Source: an uncultured Nitrososphaerota archaeon
GTDB lineage: Archaea; Thermoproteota; Nitrososphaeria; Nitrososphaerales; CADDZS01
NCBI GenBank assembly: GCA_963799845.1
Contig: CAWCYI010000006.1
Coordinates: 864,001-928,000, forward strand
Length of the DNA: 64,000 nt
Reading direction: 5' to 3'
In this document: piece by piece, positions 34,129 to 43,827 of the stretch
How positions within the stretch are numbered: position 1 is the first letter of the stretch
How the letters are laid out: each line of letters begins with the position of its first letter
Position numbers and translations under genes: made by a program
The notes under the pieces: generated by a model
Databases searched by the model: none
What the model was told of the DNA's origin: nothing
What the model saw: the letters and a program-made list of their open reading frames with translations, nothing else

Positions 34129-34170
34129 ATGGAAACTAGGTTCTCGAAGAGAATCCGCGAGAGAGAATAG
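34129..34170. repeat. Intergenic repeat family 2, copy 3
   Basis: ATGGAAACTAGGTTCTCGAAGAGAATCCGCGAGAGAGAATAG, 60 bp after vapC. Confidence 0.7.
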
Positions 34171-34249
34171 TTCGTCCTAGTTGTCTTCTAATCCGTTTTC
34201 TGCAAACAATCCTTTTCAACAAGTCTGACCAACTGATCATTGAGCCAGC

Positions 34250-34471
34250 TTGACTGTTGTCACTCTGCGGAAAGTTTCGAGCGGGAAGTGGCACATTCGG
34301 AACCCTGAAAGAAAACTGGAAGGCTGGAAATCATATTGTAACCGCGAGATGTTTGGAGAGAATAAGGAAGTAACGCTGGATCAAGCCGCGAAGCAAAGTC
34401 AGTCTGGAACGGTCTGTCGAACCTGCGTCAGAAGAGCTGAATGGAAACTTGCAGCAAATTCACCCGATTAG
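34250..34471 (+). CDS. Small hypothetical protein, possibly metal-binding
   Basis: WH...C...CRTC pattern. Confidence 0.45.
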   Translation: MTVVTLRKVSSGKWHIRNPERKLEGWKSYCNREMFGENKEVTLDQAAKQSQSGTVCRTCVRRAEWKLAANSPD

Positions 34472-34613
34472 CTCAAAGTTGGGAAGCGCTTTGAAATTTT
34501 GATAATCTTACCTTTGTGGCAATCGCGGTCATAGTTTCTCAGATTGTAGGCTCAAAGCTAAGGAAAAAATAATAAAAATCAATGATTAAGCTCGATTCAA
34601 GCCGTCGATTTAT

Positions 34614-34829
34614 TTGAGAAGATATCTTTTCACAAGTCTAGAGAGAAAGATCCTGCATTCTTATTTGAAGAATGGCCGTAAAGAGAAGAATTTCGGTGTG
34701 TTATTGAGCCTTATCCGCAGAAATCAAAACAATCTGACGAGCGACTTTGCTCTCTTGCTCAAAGTTTCAAATAAGGCTGGACCCGTGACTGGAAACAAAA
34801 AGTCCAAGTCTCGTTCTCTGAAGAAATAA
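34614..34829 (+). CDS. Small basic hypothetical protein
   Basis: MRRYLFT..ER..L..YL pattern; 71 aa. Confidence 0.5.
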   Translation: MRRYLFTSLERKILHSYLKNGRKEKNFGVLLSLIRRNQNNLTSDFALLLKVSNKAGPVTGNKKSKSRSLKK

Positions 34830-35110
34830 TAGTTTGCGGAAAATGATAATCATTACTAATGAACTCTTCAACGCCTAAAATCGCAAGAATCAGTTTCAAA
34901 TGTTCGAGAGAAACAAGGTTCTTACAATGAGGTAACATGCCTCGACGGAACGACTGTGACTGACGGGAGTGAGAGATTTTCGCTCTTTTCTGAGAAAAAT
35001 GGTCTGGTCTCGATCAGATAAAGCCGTCACCATGCACTTCGGTGTGCTAACAACATCGTCTCTGATAGCAAAAATTAGGGCATAATTTTTAGATTAAGAG
35101 AACAAGAAGA

Positions 35111-35503
35111 TTGTCAACCGTTAGCCAGTCGCTTAGTACGAACATGAAAGCTGCTATTGGCTTGCTCGAAGTGTTTGTCGTTGCCATTATCATCGCACTC
35201 TTAGTTACAATCTCAAGCGTCTCATCTGGAGTCCAGCTATTCGCAACTATTGTAGTATCTCCAATCATCATTCTAAGTATCGTTTTCATTTACTATTGCA
35301 GAAAGAGGAAGATTTGGAGTTACGCTGGGGCTTCGATCTTAGGTGCCATTGGAGCCATTCTAAGAGTGATCGTAAGCACTAAACCAAGTCTTGAGGTTGG
35401 AGGTGGCCTGCCAGTAGGAGTAACTGTGCTGTACATAGTCATAGGAGCACTCGTATCACTAAAAAATTACGAATCTGTGTTAGAGTTGAGGATTCCCCAC
35501 TGA
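35111..35503 (+). CDS. Four-helix membrane protein
   Basis: Four hydrophobic segments. Confidence 0.7.
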   Translation: MSTVSQSLSTNMKAAIGLLEVFVVAIIIALLVTISSVSSGVQLFATIVVSPIIILSIVFIYYCRKRKIWSYAGASILGAIGAILRVIVSTKPSLEVGGGLPVGVTVLYIVIGALVSLKNYESVLELRIPH

Positions 35504-35515
35504 ATGACGAACATA

Positions 35516-35540
35516 GGTGGGGGAGGTGGGATTTGAACCC
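35516..35540 (-). other. tRNA 3'-end-like fragment (T-loop plus acceptor strand), att-like
   Basis: Minus strand GGGTTCAAATCCCACCTCCCCCACC; no 5' tRNA half; abuts a palindromic-repeat core. Confidence 0.55.
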
Positions 35541-35558
35541 CAATTTACTGCATCTTCA
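35541..35558. repeat. Palindromic repeat family 1, half-site A
   Basis: CAATTTACT followed by GCATCTTCA; preceded by GGGATTTGAACCCC as in copy B. Confidence 0.7.
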
Positions 35559-35664
35559 ACTTGAGTCAATTCTTGAATAGACCATACAGTAGCTGAAAGT
35601 GATTATCGAAAGTGAACTAACATTATACTCTTCCCGAGCCAAATGCCTAATGGTAAATAACTGA

Positions 35665-36369
35665 ATGTCTAGAGAAACAGTTGATGCCCGAGGTCCAGTT
35701 TCACCGCCCGAGAACAGAAAAGGGTACAAGGGCGTCGCAATGGAAGGATTCATTGCAAGATGGTATACGAAAACCACTCGAAACAACACTGAGCAATACA
35801 AATCTTGGGCGAAGATTGCGAGTGGTCATATTTTTGAAAATGGTCATTTCCTTGAGCTTGCCCCTGGCCCCGGATATCTATCCATAGAAATAGCGAAACT
35901 AGGAAAGTATGAAATTGTTGGGTTGGACATAAGTAAGACATTTGTGAACATTGCTAGCGAGCATGCAAGAGCTGCTAATGTCAAGATAGAATTTCGACAG
36001 GGCGATGCCGCTTACACACCATTCCCAAGCGATACTTTTGATTTTGTCATCTGCACGTCAGCGTTCAAGAATTTTCCCGAGCCCGTAAGAGTAATTGACG
36101 AAATTTTCAGAGTCTTGAAGAGGGGTGGTGAAGCTTTGATAATAGATCTGCGCAAGGATGCTTCGAAAGCTGGAATCAACGATTATGTGGACAGCTTGAA
36201 ATTGAGCAGAATCAACTCGTTCTGGACTAGGTTTACTTTCAATCATATGTTACTAAGAAGCGCCTACACGAAACTCCAATTCCAAGATTTCGCTGCCAGA
36301 TCGCTCTTTGGAACATGCAAGACTGTGGATGAAGGAATAGGTCTTGAAGTATGGTTCCAAAAACCATGA
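35665..36369 (+). CDS. Class I SAM-dependent methyltransferase
   Basis: LELAPGPG, GLDIS, GDA..PF..DTFD and RVLKRGG. Confidence 0.88.
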   Translation: MSRETVDARGPVSPPENRKGYKGVAMEGFIARWYTKTTRNNTEQYKSWAKIASGHIFENGHFLELAPGPGYLSIEIAKLGKYEIVGLDISKTFVNIASEHARAANVKIEFRQGDAAYTPFPSDTFDFVICTSAFKNFPEPVRVIDEIFRVLKRGGEALIIDLRKDASKAGINDYVDSLKLSRINSFWTRFTFNHMLLRSAYTKLQFQDFAARSLFGTCKTVDEGIGLEVWFQKP

Positions 36370-36478
36370 TCAGTAAGTCAATGTCTCTTTCCTCTGGCTC
36401 CTACGTAACACGATCGCTGAGTATTTGAAGAGCGACCAACTATAACTGACAGCATCGAATCAAAAAATTGAACTGCTC

Positions 36479-36535
36479 TTTACTAGTAAATCCCGAGTGC
36501 GAGATTTGGGATTTGAACCCCAATTTACTAGTAAA
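36479..36535. repeat. Palindromic repeat family 1, unit B (two TTTACTAGTAAA cores)
   Basis: TTTACTAGTAAA-TCCCGAGTGCGAGATTTGGGATTTGAACCCCAA-TTTACTAGTAAA. Confidence 0.9.
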
Positions 36536-36622
36536 AATAATACGAGGGAAACAAGAAATGGACTTCACGCTCCATATCGGTTAGGAAGCAAAATTCCTCC
36601 TGGTAGGGACAAGGCGTACGTT

Positions 36623-36920
36623 TCAAATTCTTGGATCTGTTTCGGTTACCGTCGAGACGTTTCTCCCGAGCTGGAATAACTTTCGGGCAATCAGGATCCA
36701 CCAGATGAACATCAAAATCGTGGCACAACCGACGAGAATTGTTGACACGATGGATGTAGCTGACACAAAGACGGAGCCGATGTAATTGATCAAAAATAAT
36801 CCATTCGCGAGGATTCCCACCCAAGCGGTTGCTGTGCCGAAGAGCTTGCCTGTGCGCATAACTGCTGCGACGATCAGTCCCGCAACCGCCACGAAAATGA
36901 ACCCTGTACTCCAAAACAAG
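36623..36920 (-). pseudogene. C-terminal fragment of a membrane protein (DUF4386-like)
   Basis: Three TM helices ending WWILIARKLFQLG; upstream sequence switches to AT-rich unrelated DNA. Confidence 0.5.
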
Positions 36921-37346
36921 ATAAAAGGAAATAGAAAGAAAAAGAAATATTCTGTCATGATGAAAGATGGATTTGTGCATGAATTTGATTACATCGTCTT
37001 TAGTCTTGCTGAACTCAAGAAAGTAATTGAGAAAGCACCAAAAGGATCTGCGATTTTATGGAATGATACTACTCGATCGTCATTTAATAAAATTCCAGAT
37101 TTAGATCAAAGTGATTCTAAATTTCATTTTGTTCAATCAATATCATTATCTCATAATGATAAGGAAACATATCCTCAGAAATGGTGGAAGATTGAGTGAA
37201 ATCATTAATTTACCTGATCATGGAATCAAGAAATGGGCCTCTAGGCAGGGCTTGCTGGGCTTCCCAAACTTCATCGCTTTTCATCATCAATCTTTTCTAC
37301 GTAATCGTAGCGGAAGCCGATATGCTGGATTTAAATTATCGATTAT

Positions 37347-38886
37347 TTGGTGATAAATTCATTGGTTCGTAGCAATTTCGACAAAGGATTATCGCACCTG
37401 ATCATTTTATGTTCCGTTTTCATACTGGTCATCTTTTCAACTTCTTCGTATCAAACGTATAATTTTGCGTCTAGCAGGGTAGTATTTTCACCACCATCCA
37501 ATACTCCGATCAAACACATCGTCATCATCATGCAAGAGAATCATGCTTTCGACAACATGTTTGGTACTTACCCAGGATTGCCCGCTGGATACGGATTGAG
37601 CTTGTCAACCTGTATGCCAAACAGTTTGACGCAGAAAAAGAAAACACCATGCACCAAGCCTTGGAATGCGGACAGTAAGCAACTGACAATTCAGGGCCTT
37701 GATATTTCGCACACCAGATCTTCGGCGCTGAAAGCTTATGATGACGGAAAGATGAATGGCTTCATCGCAAACGATCCACTTGATTGTAAAAACTGTTCCA
37801 TGGCATACTTCACCAATGCGACGATTCCGGCGTACTGGGATTACGCTCAGTACTACACCCTGAACGATCTGATGATGTCAAGCGCACTGTCATTCAGTTT
37901 ACCGAATCATCTCTATGCGGTAGCAGCGCAAGCGGGTTTTGCAGGGACTTGTCTAAATGCATGTACCACAGAATACAACTTAACTTTTCCACAGATAGGC
38001 GAATCACTGACAAACGCCGGGGTTAGCTGGGGTTACTACCAGCAAAACTGGAATGACTTGAAGGACTGCACGGGGCCGATCAATGCGAGCGCGATCAGCT
38101 CTTATTACAATAAGGGCGGATATGATGGCTTCTGGTCCGGGCTCACCGATTTTACACAAGTCCAAACAACGGCGGTTGAATGTTCAAGTTTATTGAATCT
38201 CAAGGATCTGCAACATAATATCTCGACGGATACTCTACCAGCTGTGTCGTGGGTAGAGCCGCAACCCAAGAACAGTGATCATCCAAACCAGGGAACGTGG
38301 GATGCAGGGCAGAATTACGTCACTTCGATAATTAATTCAATCGAAGAAACTCGGCCTGGAATTCACGGTCATCTTCCTGACCTGGGATGATTGGGGCGGA
38401 TATTATGATAACATCACGCCGATTCAGCTTGACCCGGCTGGAGAGGGTTTCAGAGTACCATTTATCGCAATTTCGCCGTATTCAATTCAAGGCGCAATCG
38501 TTCAGGCTCCAGCGTACAACTATACTACAAAATTCACGAATATCCATCAGGAAGACTTTAGCTCACTTCTCTCAACAATAGAATACAACTGGAATCTGAC
38601 AGGAACATCCAGTCTGGGAAACCTCACTGACCGAGACGGGTACGAACCAAATCTTTTCTACATGCTAAATTTCAGTCAACCTCTCTTAAAGCCGCTGATA
38701 CTTGGAACAGTTCCCGGCGTAGTCTATCCCTACCAGACTTGCATAGTTAAAGGAGAATGCAGCATCGCTCCCTTCGCTACGAATACCATAACTCATCCTC
38801 AATTCAATATTCCATTGACTTCGCCTTACAATGAATCATCAACGGAGGCTCTAAGTTATTCTGGAGATGGAGACGCAGGAGATTGA
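37347..38886 (+). CDS. Secreted phosphoesterase / phospholipase C family protein (frameshift ~38360)
   Basis: IKHIVIIMQENHAFDNMFG, SLPNHLY and SDHP; the shifted frame gives LTWDDWGGYYD..GFRVP, in frame with 38662-38886. Confidence 0.85.
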
Positions 38887-39040
38887 AAGCCGAGGAATCG
38901 ACTGAAAGAGGTAAATGGCATCGATATCGTATTGTTTCTTACGTATCTCATAATTTTCAGCTGACAATGAGAGAAACAAGAATTGATGTTTGGCTGGTTG
39001 AAGGAGAAATGTTTGAAGTTTTAGCTGGAGAAAAACAAAT

Positions 39041-39247
39041 ATGAAGAGAAAATGTCCTTTGATTGTAGATTGTAAAGATGCAACAGATTATCTCACCTTA
39101 CAAGGAATAGCTGAACATATTAGATTAGTTCATCCTCATGAAGCGAGAGTTGCAATTAAGAAAGCATTAATTGATGCAGAAAAAGCATGTCGAGGAGTCG
39201 TGCCCTTGTGGGCAATAGGTGGCTCAAGACATTTGGAACGTTTCTAG
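39041..39247 (+). CDS. Small C2H2-zinc-finger-like ORF in AT-rich DNA
   Basis: CPLIVDC...EHIRLVH spacing; lower GC than its surroundings. Confidence 0.4.
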   Translation: MKRKCPLIVDCKDATDYLTLQGIAEHIRLVHPHEARVAIKKALIDAEKACRGVVPLWAIGGSRHLERF

Positions 39248-39549
39248 TCATGGGCATAATCATCGCAATTGCTGCTGCGATCGTGAGTTTGATCAGCGCA
39301 GCATTTGGAGCTGCAGACTCGGTGGTTAGCGGGCTTCTTTCGGCATTCTATCAACCCCTCATTCCGATTCTGCTTGCTGTCTACTATTACTCTAACCGGG
39401 CCAGACTTGCACCAATCGCTCAAAACCAAATTCCACCTCCGCCGCCTCCTGGAAAGGCAACCGGACCGAGGTTCTGTCCTAACTGTGGTACCCAACTTGC
39501 GGCCAATCCTACTTTCTGTCCGAGTTGCGGGGCAAGAGTAACCACTTAG
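39187..39549 (+). pseudogene. C-terminal fragment of a membrane protein with a zinc ribbon
   Basis: SRALVGNRWLKTF, two TM helices, poly-Pro and FCPNCG...FCPSCG; N-terminal part apparently missing. Confidence 0.65.
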
Positions 39550-39755
39550 GATGTTGGCTCATCATTGTGCACGGTGGAGGACTTGCTTTCACGAACGCGC
39601 TGTTCGCGATTCTCGACGAAATCGTTACGAAGTTGCTTGAGCGATAATTTGTCACTCTAGAATATACTAAAATGGGACTCGCACCCTTGGGCCTCATCTT
39701 TTACTAGGTGACATGATCGACCGTATTAAAGGAACGTAAAGCCACAGCCAAGCAC

Positions 39756-40732
39756 ATGTACGCAGCAATAGACTTGCACCAAAAAACTGTACAGCTAGTA
39801 CTCAAGGATGAAGGGGGAAGGATAGAAAACGAGCTGAAGATCAACAAGGATGCAAAAAGCATACTCGAATTTCTTGATGGTACTGATGCTGAAATAGTCA
39901 TGGAGTCTGGTTACAACCACGAACACATCTATGATCTTCTAAAGGAGGAAGGATACGATGTCAAGGTAGCTCATCCATTGATGGTTAAGGCGATCGCATA
40001 CGCAAAAGTGAAAAATGACAAGGTAGACGCAAGGACACTTGCAGATCTACTGAGACTGGACATGATACCGGAGTGCTACATCCCCAGCCAAGAGATAAGA
40101 GAAGTAAGAGACCTGGCAAGGAGGAGACATTATTTCGTCTCGACAAGAACGATGTTCAAAAACAAAATCCATGCAGAGCTCAGCAGGAGATGGATTGATT
40201 ACAGTAAAGATCTCTTCACGCAGACTGGGATGGACCATCTAAAATCGCTTCATATCGCAGCGGTAAATGACTACCTCGACTCAATTCAGTTCCTCGATGA
40301 GAAGATACGAGAGCTTGACGGCCAAATCAAGGAAAAGCTCTTGGCGACAAATATGCGAAGCTCCTTGTGACGGTGCCAGGAATATCCTACTACGGTGCGC
40401 TGCTGATTTCAAGCGAGATTGCAGACATCAACAGATTCCCAGACCCAGAACACCTGTGCTCCTATGCAAAACTGGCACCCGGAACTCATCAATCGGGAGA
40501 GACACAATACCAGAAAGCAGATCGTAACAAGGGCAATCACATGCTCAACTGGATATTGATCCAGTGTGCTCACATACACGTCCTAAACTGCAACTCGTCG
40601 ATTACTGGGCATTACAACAGGATCAAGGAAACGAGGGGAAACAAGATCGCCATCGTCGCAGCAGCAAGAAAACTGACGTGCGCAATCTACATGATGCTGA
40701 AGGAAGAAAGAGCCTTCAGGCTGGACGGCTAA
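39756..40732 (+). CDS. IS110-family DEDD recombinase (frameshift in an A-run, ~40335)
   Basis: AAIDLH, VMES and KNDKVDA catalytic motifs; TVPGI, HQSG serine and AARKL. Restoring one A gives KALGDKYAKLLVTVPG. Confidence 0.9.
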
Positions 40733-40740
40733 AACCATAA

Positions 40741-40887
40741 ACTGGGCTCGAGAATTTACTGCATCTTCAGGATGCGTTTACTAGGATGAGCCAAAGGCAA
40801 TAAGCGAAAGCCACAATGCTCTTTTGGAGCGAATGGGAGTATGCTCGTCCAGCATGACAAAAGAGATATTAAGAAATGTAGCCCAGT
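40741..40887 (+). ncRNA. Candidate bridge/seek RNA in the IS110 right end
   Basis: Loop 1: GAATTTACT-[GCATC TTCAG GATGC]-G-TTTACTAG, closed by GGCTC/GAGCC. Loop 2: GCCACAAT-[GCTC TTTTG GAGC]-GAATGGGAG. Flanking ACTGGGCT/AGCCCAGT inverted repeat. Confidence 0.75.
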
Positions 40888-40898
40888 CGACATGGGAG

Positions 40899-40964
40899 TA
40901 AAATCTACTTGCGAAGAAAATCCGTGGCGGAATGTGGGACCCCCGCACGAATTTACTAGTAAAA
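40899..40964. repeat. Palindromic repeat family 1, unit C (first core split by IS110)
   Basis: ...AATGTGGGACCCCCGCAC-GAATTTACTAGTAAA (40949-40963). Confidence 0.9.
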
Positions 40965-41130
40965 GATCGCCTCAAAAAAATCCGAAATTCACAATGGTCA
41001 CAGTAGTCGTTCTAGCTCGCTCTGACTCTGGCCTAGAAGATACCCTTCATCTTTGTCCAATTCCAAGGCTGGTTACAAGAAGATTCGATTATTGAATACT
41101 AGAATCTTGGACGTTCTTTGGGAACAAGAA

Positions 41131-43143
41131 TCAGAGGATCTGCTGCGCCTGAGTTTGGCTGTGACCTCTGATCGCTCTATCAAAACCAATTTTGCTGAGA
41201 ACCACCAGCCACCGGGGATCCTGCCAGAGATTCTCAAATGCGAAATCGACCGCTACTGAAAATAGATATCCAGATCGTTCTTCGATCGCCCTGAAGAGCC
41301 ACTCGAACGCCCTGTCATTGTCCCCGGTATTGGCGTAGACTCCTGCAATGGCAATCGGAGATCCCTTTCCGTTTTCCCAAAGGTCTAGCAGCTTGGAAAG
41401 GATCCTGATTGCCTCCTCGTTTTTTCCAGCTTTTGAATACGCGTAGGCGAGATCATTTAGGTGGAAGGGGACGCCTTCACCAGCCAAATCAATCGCCTTC
41501 TTTATCTCGGAAATTCCTTGATCGAACTCACCGGTGCGCACGTGGCAACAGCCTAGCGCGTCGAATGCAAATGCTGAGTTAGGATCCAGATAAATGGCAT
41601 TCATCAAAAACGCCTTGGCCTCTTCGACGTGGCCATTGTAGAGATGGACGACCCCGGCGATTGTAAAGGTCTCGGCGGAAAGTGGGTCGAGATCTATTGC
41701 GCGTTTTGCTTCCCTTATCGCCTCATCGGATCTTCCGAATTGTCCTAAGAATAACGAAAACAGTGTGTGGACGTAGGAAAGACTCGGATTCAGTTGGATG
41801 GCTCGCTGGAATTCCAGTTCCGCTTCAGCGAATTTCCAATCCTGTAGATTCAACACTGTAGCAAGTGCGGCGTGGGCTTCAGCGATGGAGTCATCAATTT
41901 CCAATGCTCTTTGCGCGTAGGCTCTCGCCTTGGGGAGCACTCCTCTGGTCGGAATTATTTCCCATGCGCCTAGACCTGCGTAGCAATCGGCTATCGCGGC
42001 ATATGCCCGGGCGTAGCCCGGGTCCCTCTCTATCGCCTGCTCGAAAAGTTTGATTGCATCACCGTAAGATTTCTCCGTAACGTGGAGAGAATAAAATCGT
42101 CCGCGCAGATATAGCGAGTGCGCCTCAACACTCATCGTTCCCAAATTCTCGATTCTTTCCCTGTCCCTATCCAGAAGCTTCAGTTCAAGGGAGCTCGCGA
42201 CATGCTGGGCTATCTCGCTTTGTATCGAAAACACGTCTTCAAGTGTCCTGTCATAGACCTCAGACCAGACTTGGCGGTCGGCGGCGACGTCGATCAGCTG
42301 CACCGACGTGCGCACGCGGCTCCCTGCACGGCGAATACTGCCCTCTAAGATACTTCCTACTTTGAGTTCTTCGCCAATCTCAGTTAGGCGCTTGATTTGA
42401 CCCTTGTACCGCATCACAGATGTTCGAGATACAACGCTGAGCTGAGTAATTTTCGAAACCGAGGAAATTAGCTCCTCCGTTATCCCGTCCGCGAAGAATT
42501 CGCTTTCCGGATCAGTACTCACTTTAGCGAATGGTAGAATGGCGATTCTATTTTTATCGAGTCGGGGAGTTCCGCGTTTGCTCCAGACCGCCCTCTCCCA
42601 GGGGAGAAGGATCTTGTAGATCGTGATAGGGACATTGACATTTTTTAGCTGCGTAAACTCAAGTTGGACAATTGGAAGTCCGAGTTTGTTCCTTATCTGA
42701 TCAAAAACCTGACCTGAAATGCAGATTCCCTCAGGGTCTGCGAGAGGCTGGATCCGAGAAGTGATGTTAACAGTATCACCGAATACGTCACCCTCTCGAT
42801 GGACTACATCTCCATAGTGAATCCCTATCCGTAGTTTAGTTTTCCAAGGATCAGGAACAGACCTATTGGATTCGTGAAAGGACTTTTGAATTTCTACCGA
42901 GCACTTGCAAGCCTCCAGCACGTCTTCGAATTCGATTAGAAAAGAATCCCCGATGGTCTTGACTTCCCGCGCGTGGAATTTATGAATTAACTCTCGAACC
43001 TTTCGATTGTGCATTTCCAGAGATTCAAGAGCGCGCGATTCATCCAACTGCGTCAGCGAGGTGTATCCTACCAGATCAGTGAACATGATTGCTGAGAGGT
43101 TTCGCATATCGCAGTCGCGCCTGACAACCACTTGCTTGGCCAT
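41131..43143 (-). CDS. Class III adenylate/guanylate cyclase with TolB-like and TPR domains
   Basis: AIMFTDLVGYT, KTIGDS, DVFGDTVN..SRI, IAILPF, FADGITEE and multiple TPRs. Confidence 0.9.
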   Translation of the reverse strand: MAKQVVVRRDCDMRNLSAIMFTDLVGYTSLTQLDESRALESLEMHNRKVRELIHKFHAREVKTIGDSFLIEFEDVLEACKCSVEIQKSFHESNRSVPDPWKTKLRIGIHYGDVVHREGDVFGDTVNITSRIQPLADPEGICISGQVFDQIRNKLGLPIVQLEFTQLKNVNVPITIYKILLPWERAVWSKRGTPRLDKNRIAILPFAKVSTDPESEFFADGITEELISSVSKITQLSVVSRTSVMRYKGQIKRLTEIGEELKVGSILEGSIRRAGSRVRTSVQLIDVAADRQVWSEVYDRTLEDVFSIQSEIAQHVASSLELKLLDRDRERIENLGTMSVEAHSLYLRGRFYSLHVTEKSYGDAIKLFEQAIERDPGYARAYAAIADCYAGLGAWEIIPTRGVLPKARAYAQRALEIDDSIAEAHAALATVLNLQDWKFAEAELEFQRAIQLNPSLSYVHTLFSLFLGQFGRSDEAIREAKRAIDLDPLSAETFTIAGVVHLYNGHVEEAKAFLMNAIYLDPNSAFAFDALGCCHVRTGEFDQGISEIKKAIDLAGEGVPFHLNDLAYAYSKAGKNEEAIRILSKLLDLWENGKGSPIAIAGVYANTGDNDRAFEWLFRAIEERSGYLFSVAVDFAFENLWQDPRWLVVLSKIGFDRAIRGHSQTQAQQIL

Positions 43144-43200
43144 TGATGATTTTTGTAGGGAATAAATTGATTGGGGAAAAACGCTCGTCTTCTCACTCTT

Positions 43201-43311
43201 GTGGGGGCGACCCCCGCACGAATTTACTAGTAAAAATCCATCCCGGTGCGTAACTCCACAGTCGATGAGTTTAGGCTAGAAACGGGATTCGGACGCGAAT
43301 TTACTAGCAAA
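43201..43311. repeat. Palindromic repeat family 1, cores D and E
   Basis: ACCCCCGCAC-GAATTTACTAGTAAA (43220-43234), then ATCCCGGTGCG; GGGATTCGGACGC-GAATTTACTAGCAAA (43297-43311). Confidence 0.88.
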
Positions 43312-43382
43312 GAAACGATTCCAAAGTCTGAGTGTCTGGGTGCTCCCAAGCAGGCGCGAGTACCAAAAGTTAGAATTTCGGA

Positions 43383-43664
43383 TCATGAATTGAATCGTTT
43401 GACTTGGATTACTACCCAGCTATCGAAAGTCGGAATTAGGCCAGGGAACAGCTTGTCAGGATGATCGAACTCCACATCTATTGAAAGTATCCTGCGAGAT
43501 CTTTCGAATCTTTCGAATTTGACATTGTGAAATCCATCAGATTCGATTAACTTCTCTTTGGCCGAATTCAAGAATTCCTCTTCAAAACTATTGGCCTGCT
43601 CACCTTCGCTATCGCTGAGCAACCTTTCATAGCTCGCAAGCCATTTTCTCATCGGACCGCCCAT
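43383..43664 (-). CDS. Hypothetical protein
   Basis: 93-aa ORF with protein-like composition. Confidence 0.45.
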   Translation of the reverse strand: MGGPMRKWLASYERLLSDSEGEQANSFEEEFLNSAKEKLIESDGFHNVKFERFERSRRILSIDVEFDHPDKLFPGLIPTFDSWVVIQVKRFNS

Positions 43665-43827
43665 TGTAAATCTCCAAAATTTGCTACGATCCGATCAGAA
43701 ACCACTCAATAGGTCTATTGATTCTATTTATGGCACGAATAAAAGAATAGTCCCACTTGTCTTTTAGACGTACCTACAATATAATTACTAAATTTCCCAG
43801 ATTGACTTTCCAGGGTGAGTATTTGGC

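Larger units (their letters stand above)
39706..40898 (+). mobile_element. IS110/IS1111-type element inserted in a TTTACTAGTAAA palindrome
   Basis: Junctions TTTTACT-AG-GTGACATGATCGAC and GTCGACATGGG-AG-TAAAATC; the shared AG core (CT on the minus strand) regenerates TTTTACTAGTAAAA; subterminal IRs CATGATCGAC/GTCGACATG; no TSD. Confidence 0.85.

Noticed and set aside
35516-35590. Complete tRNA gene
   Set aside because: Only the T-loop and acceptor strand are present; the D and anticodon arms and 5' acceptor strand are missing.
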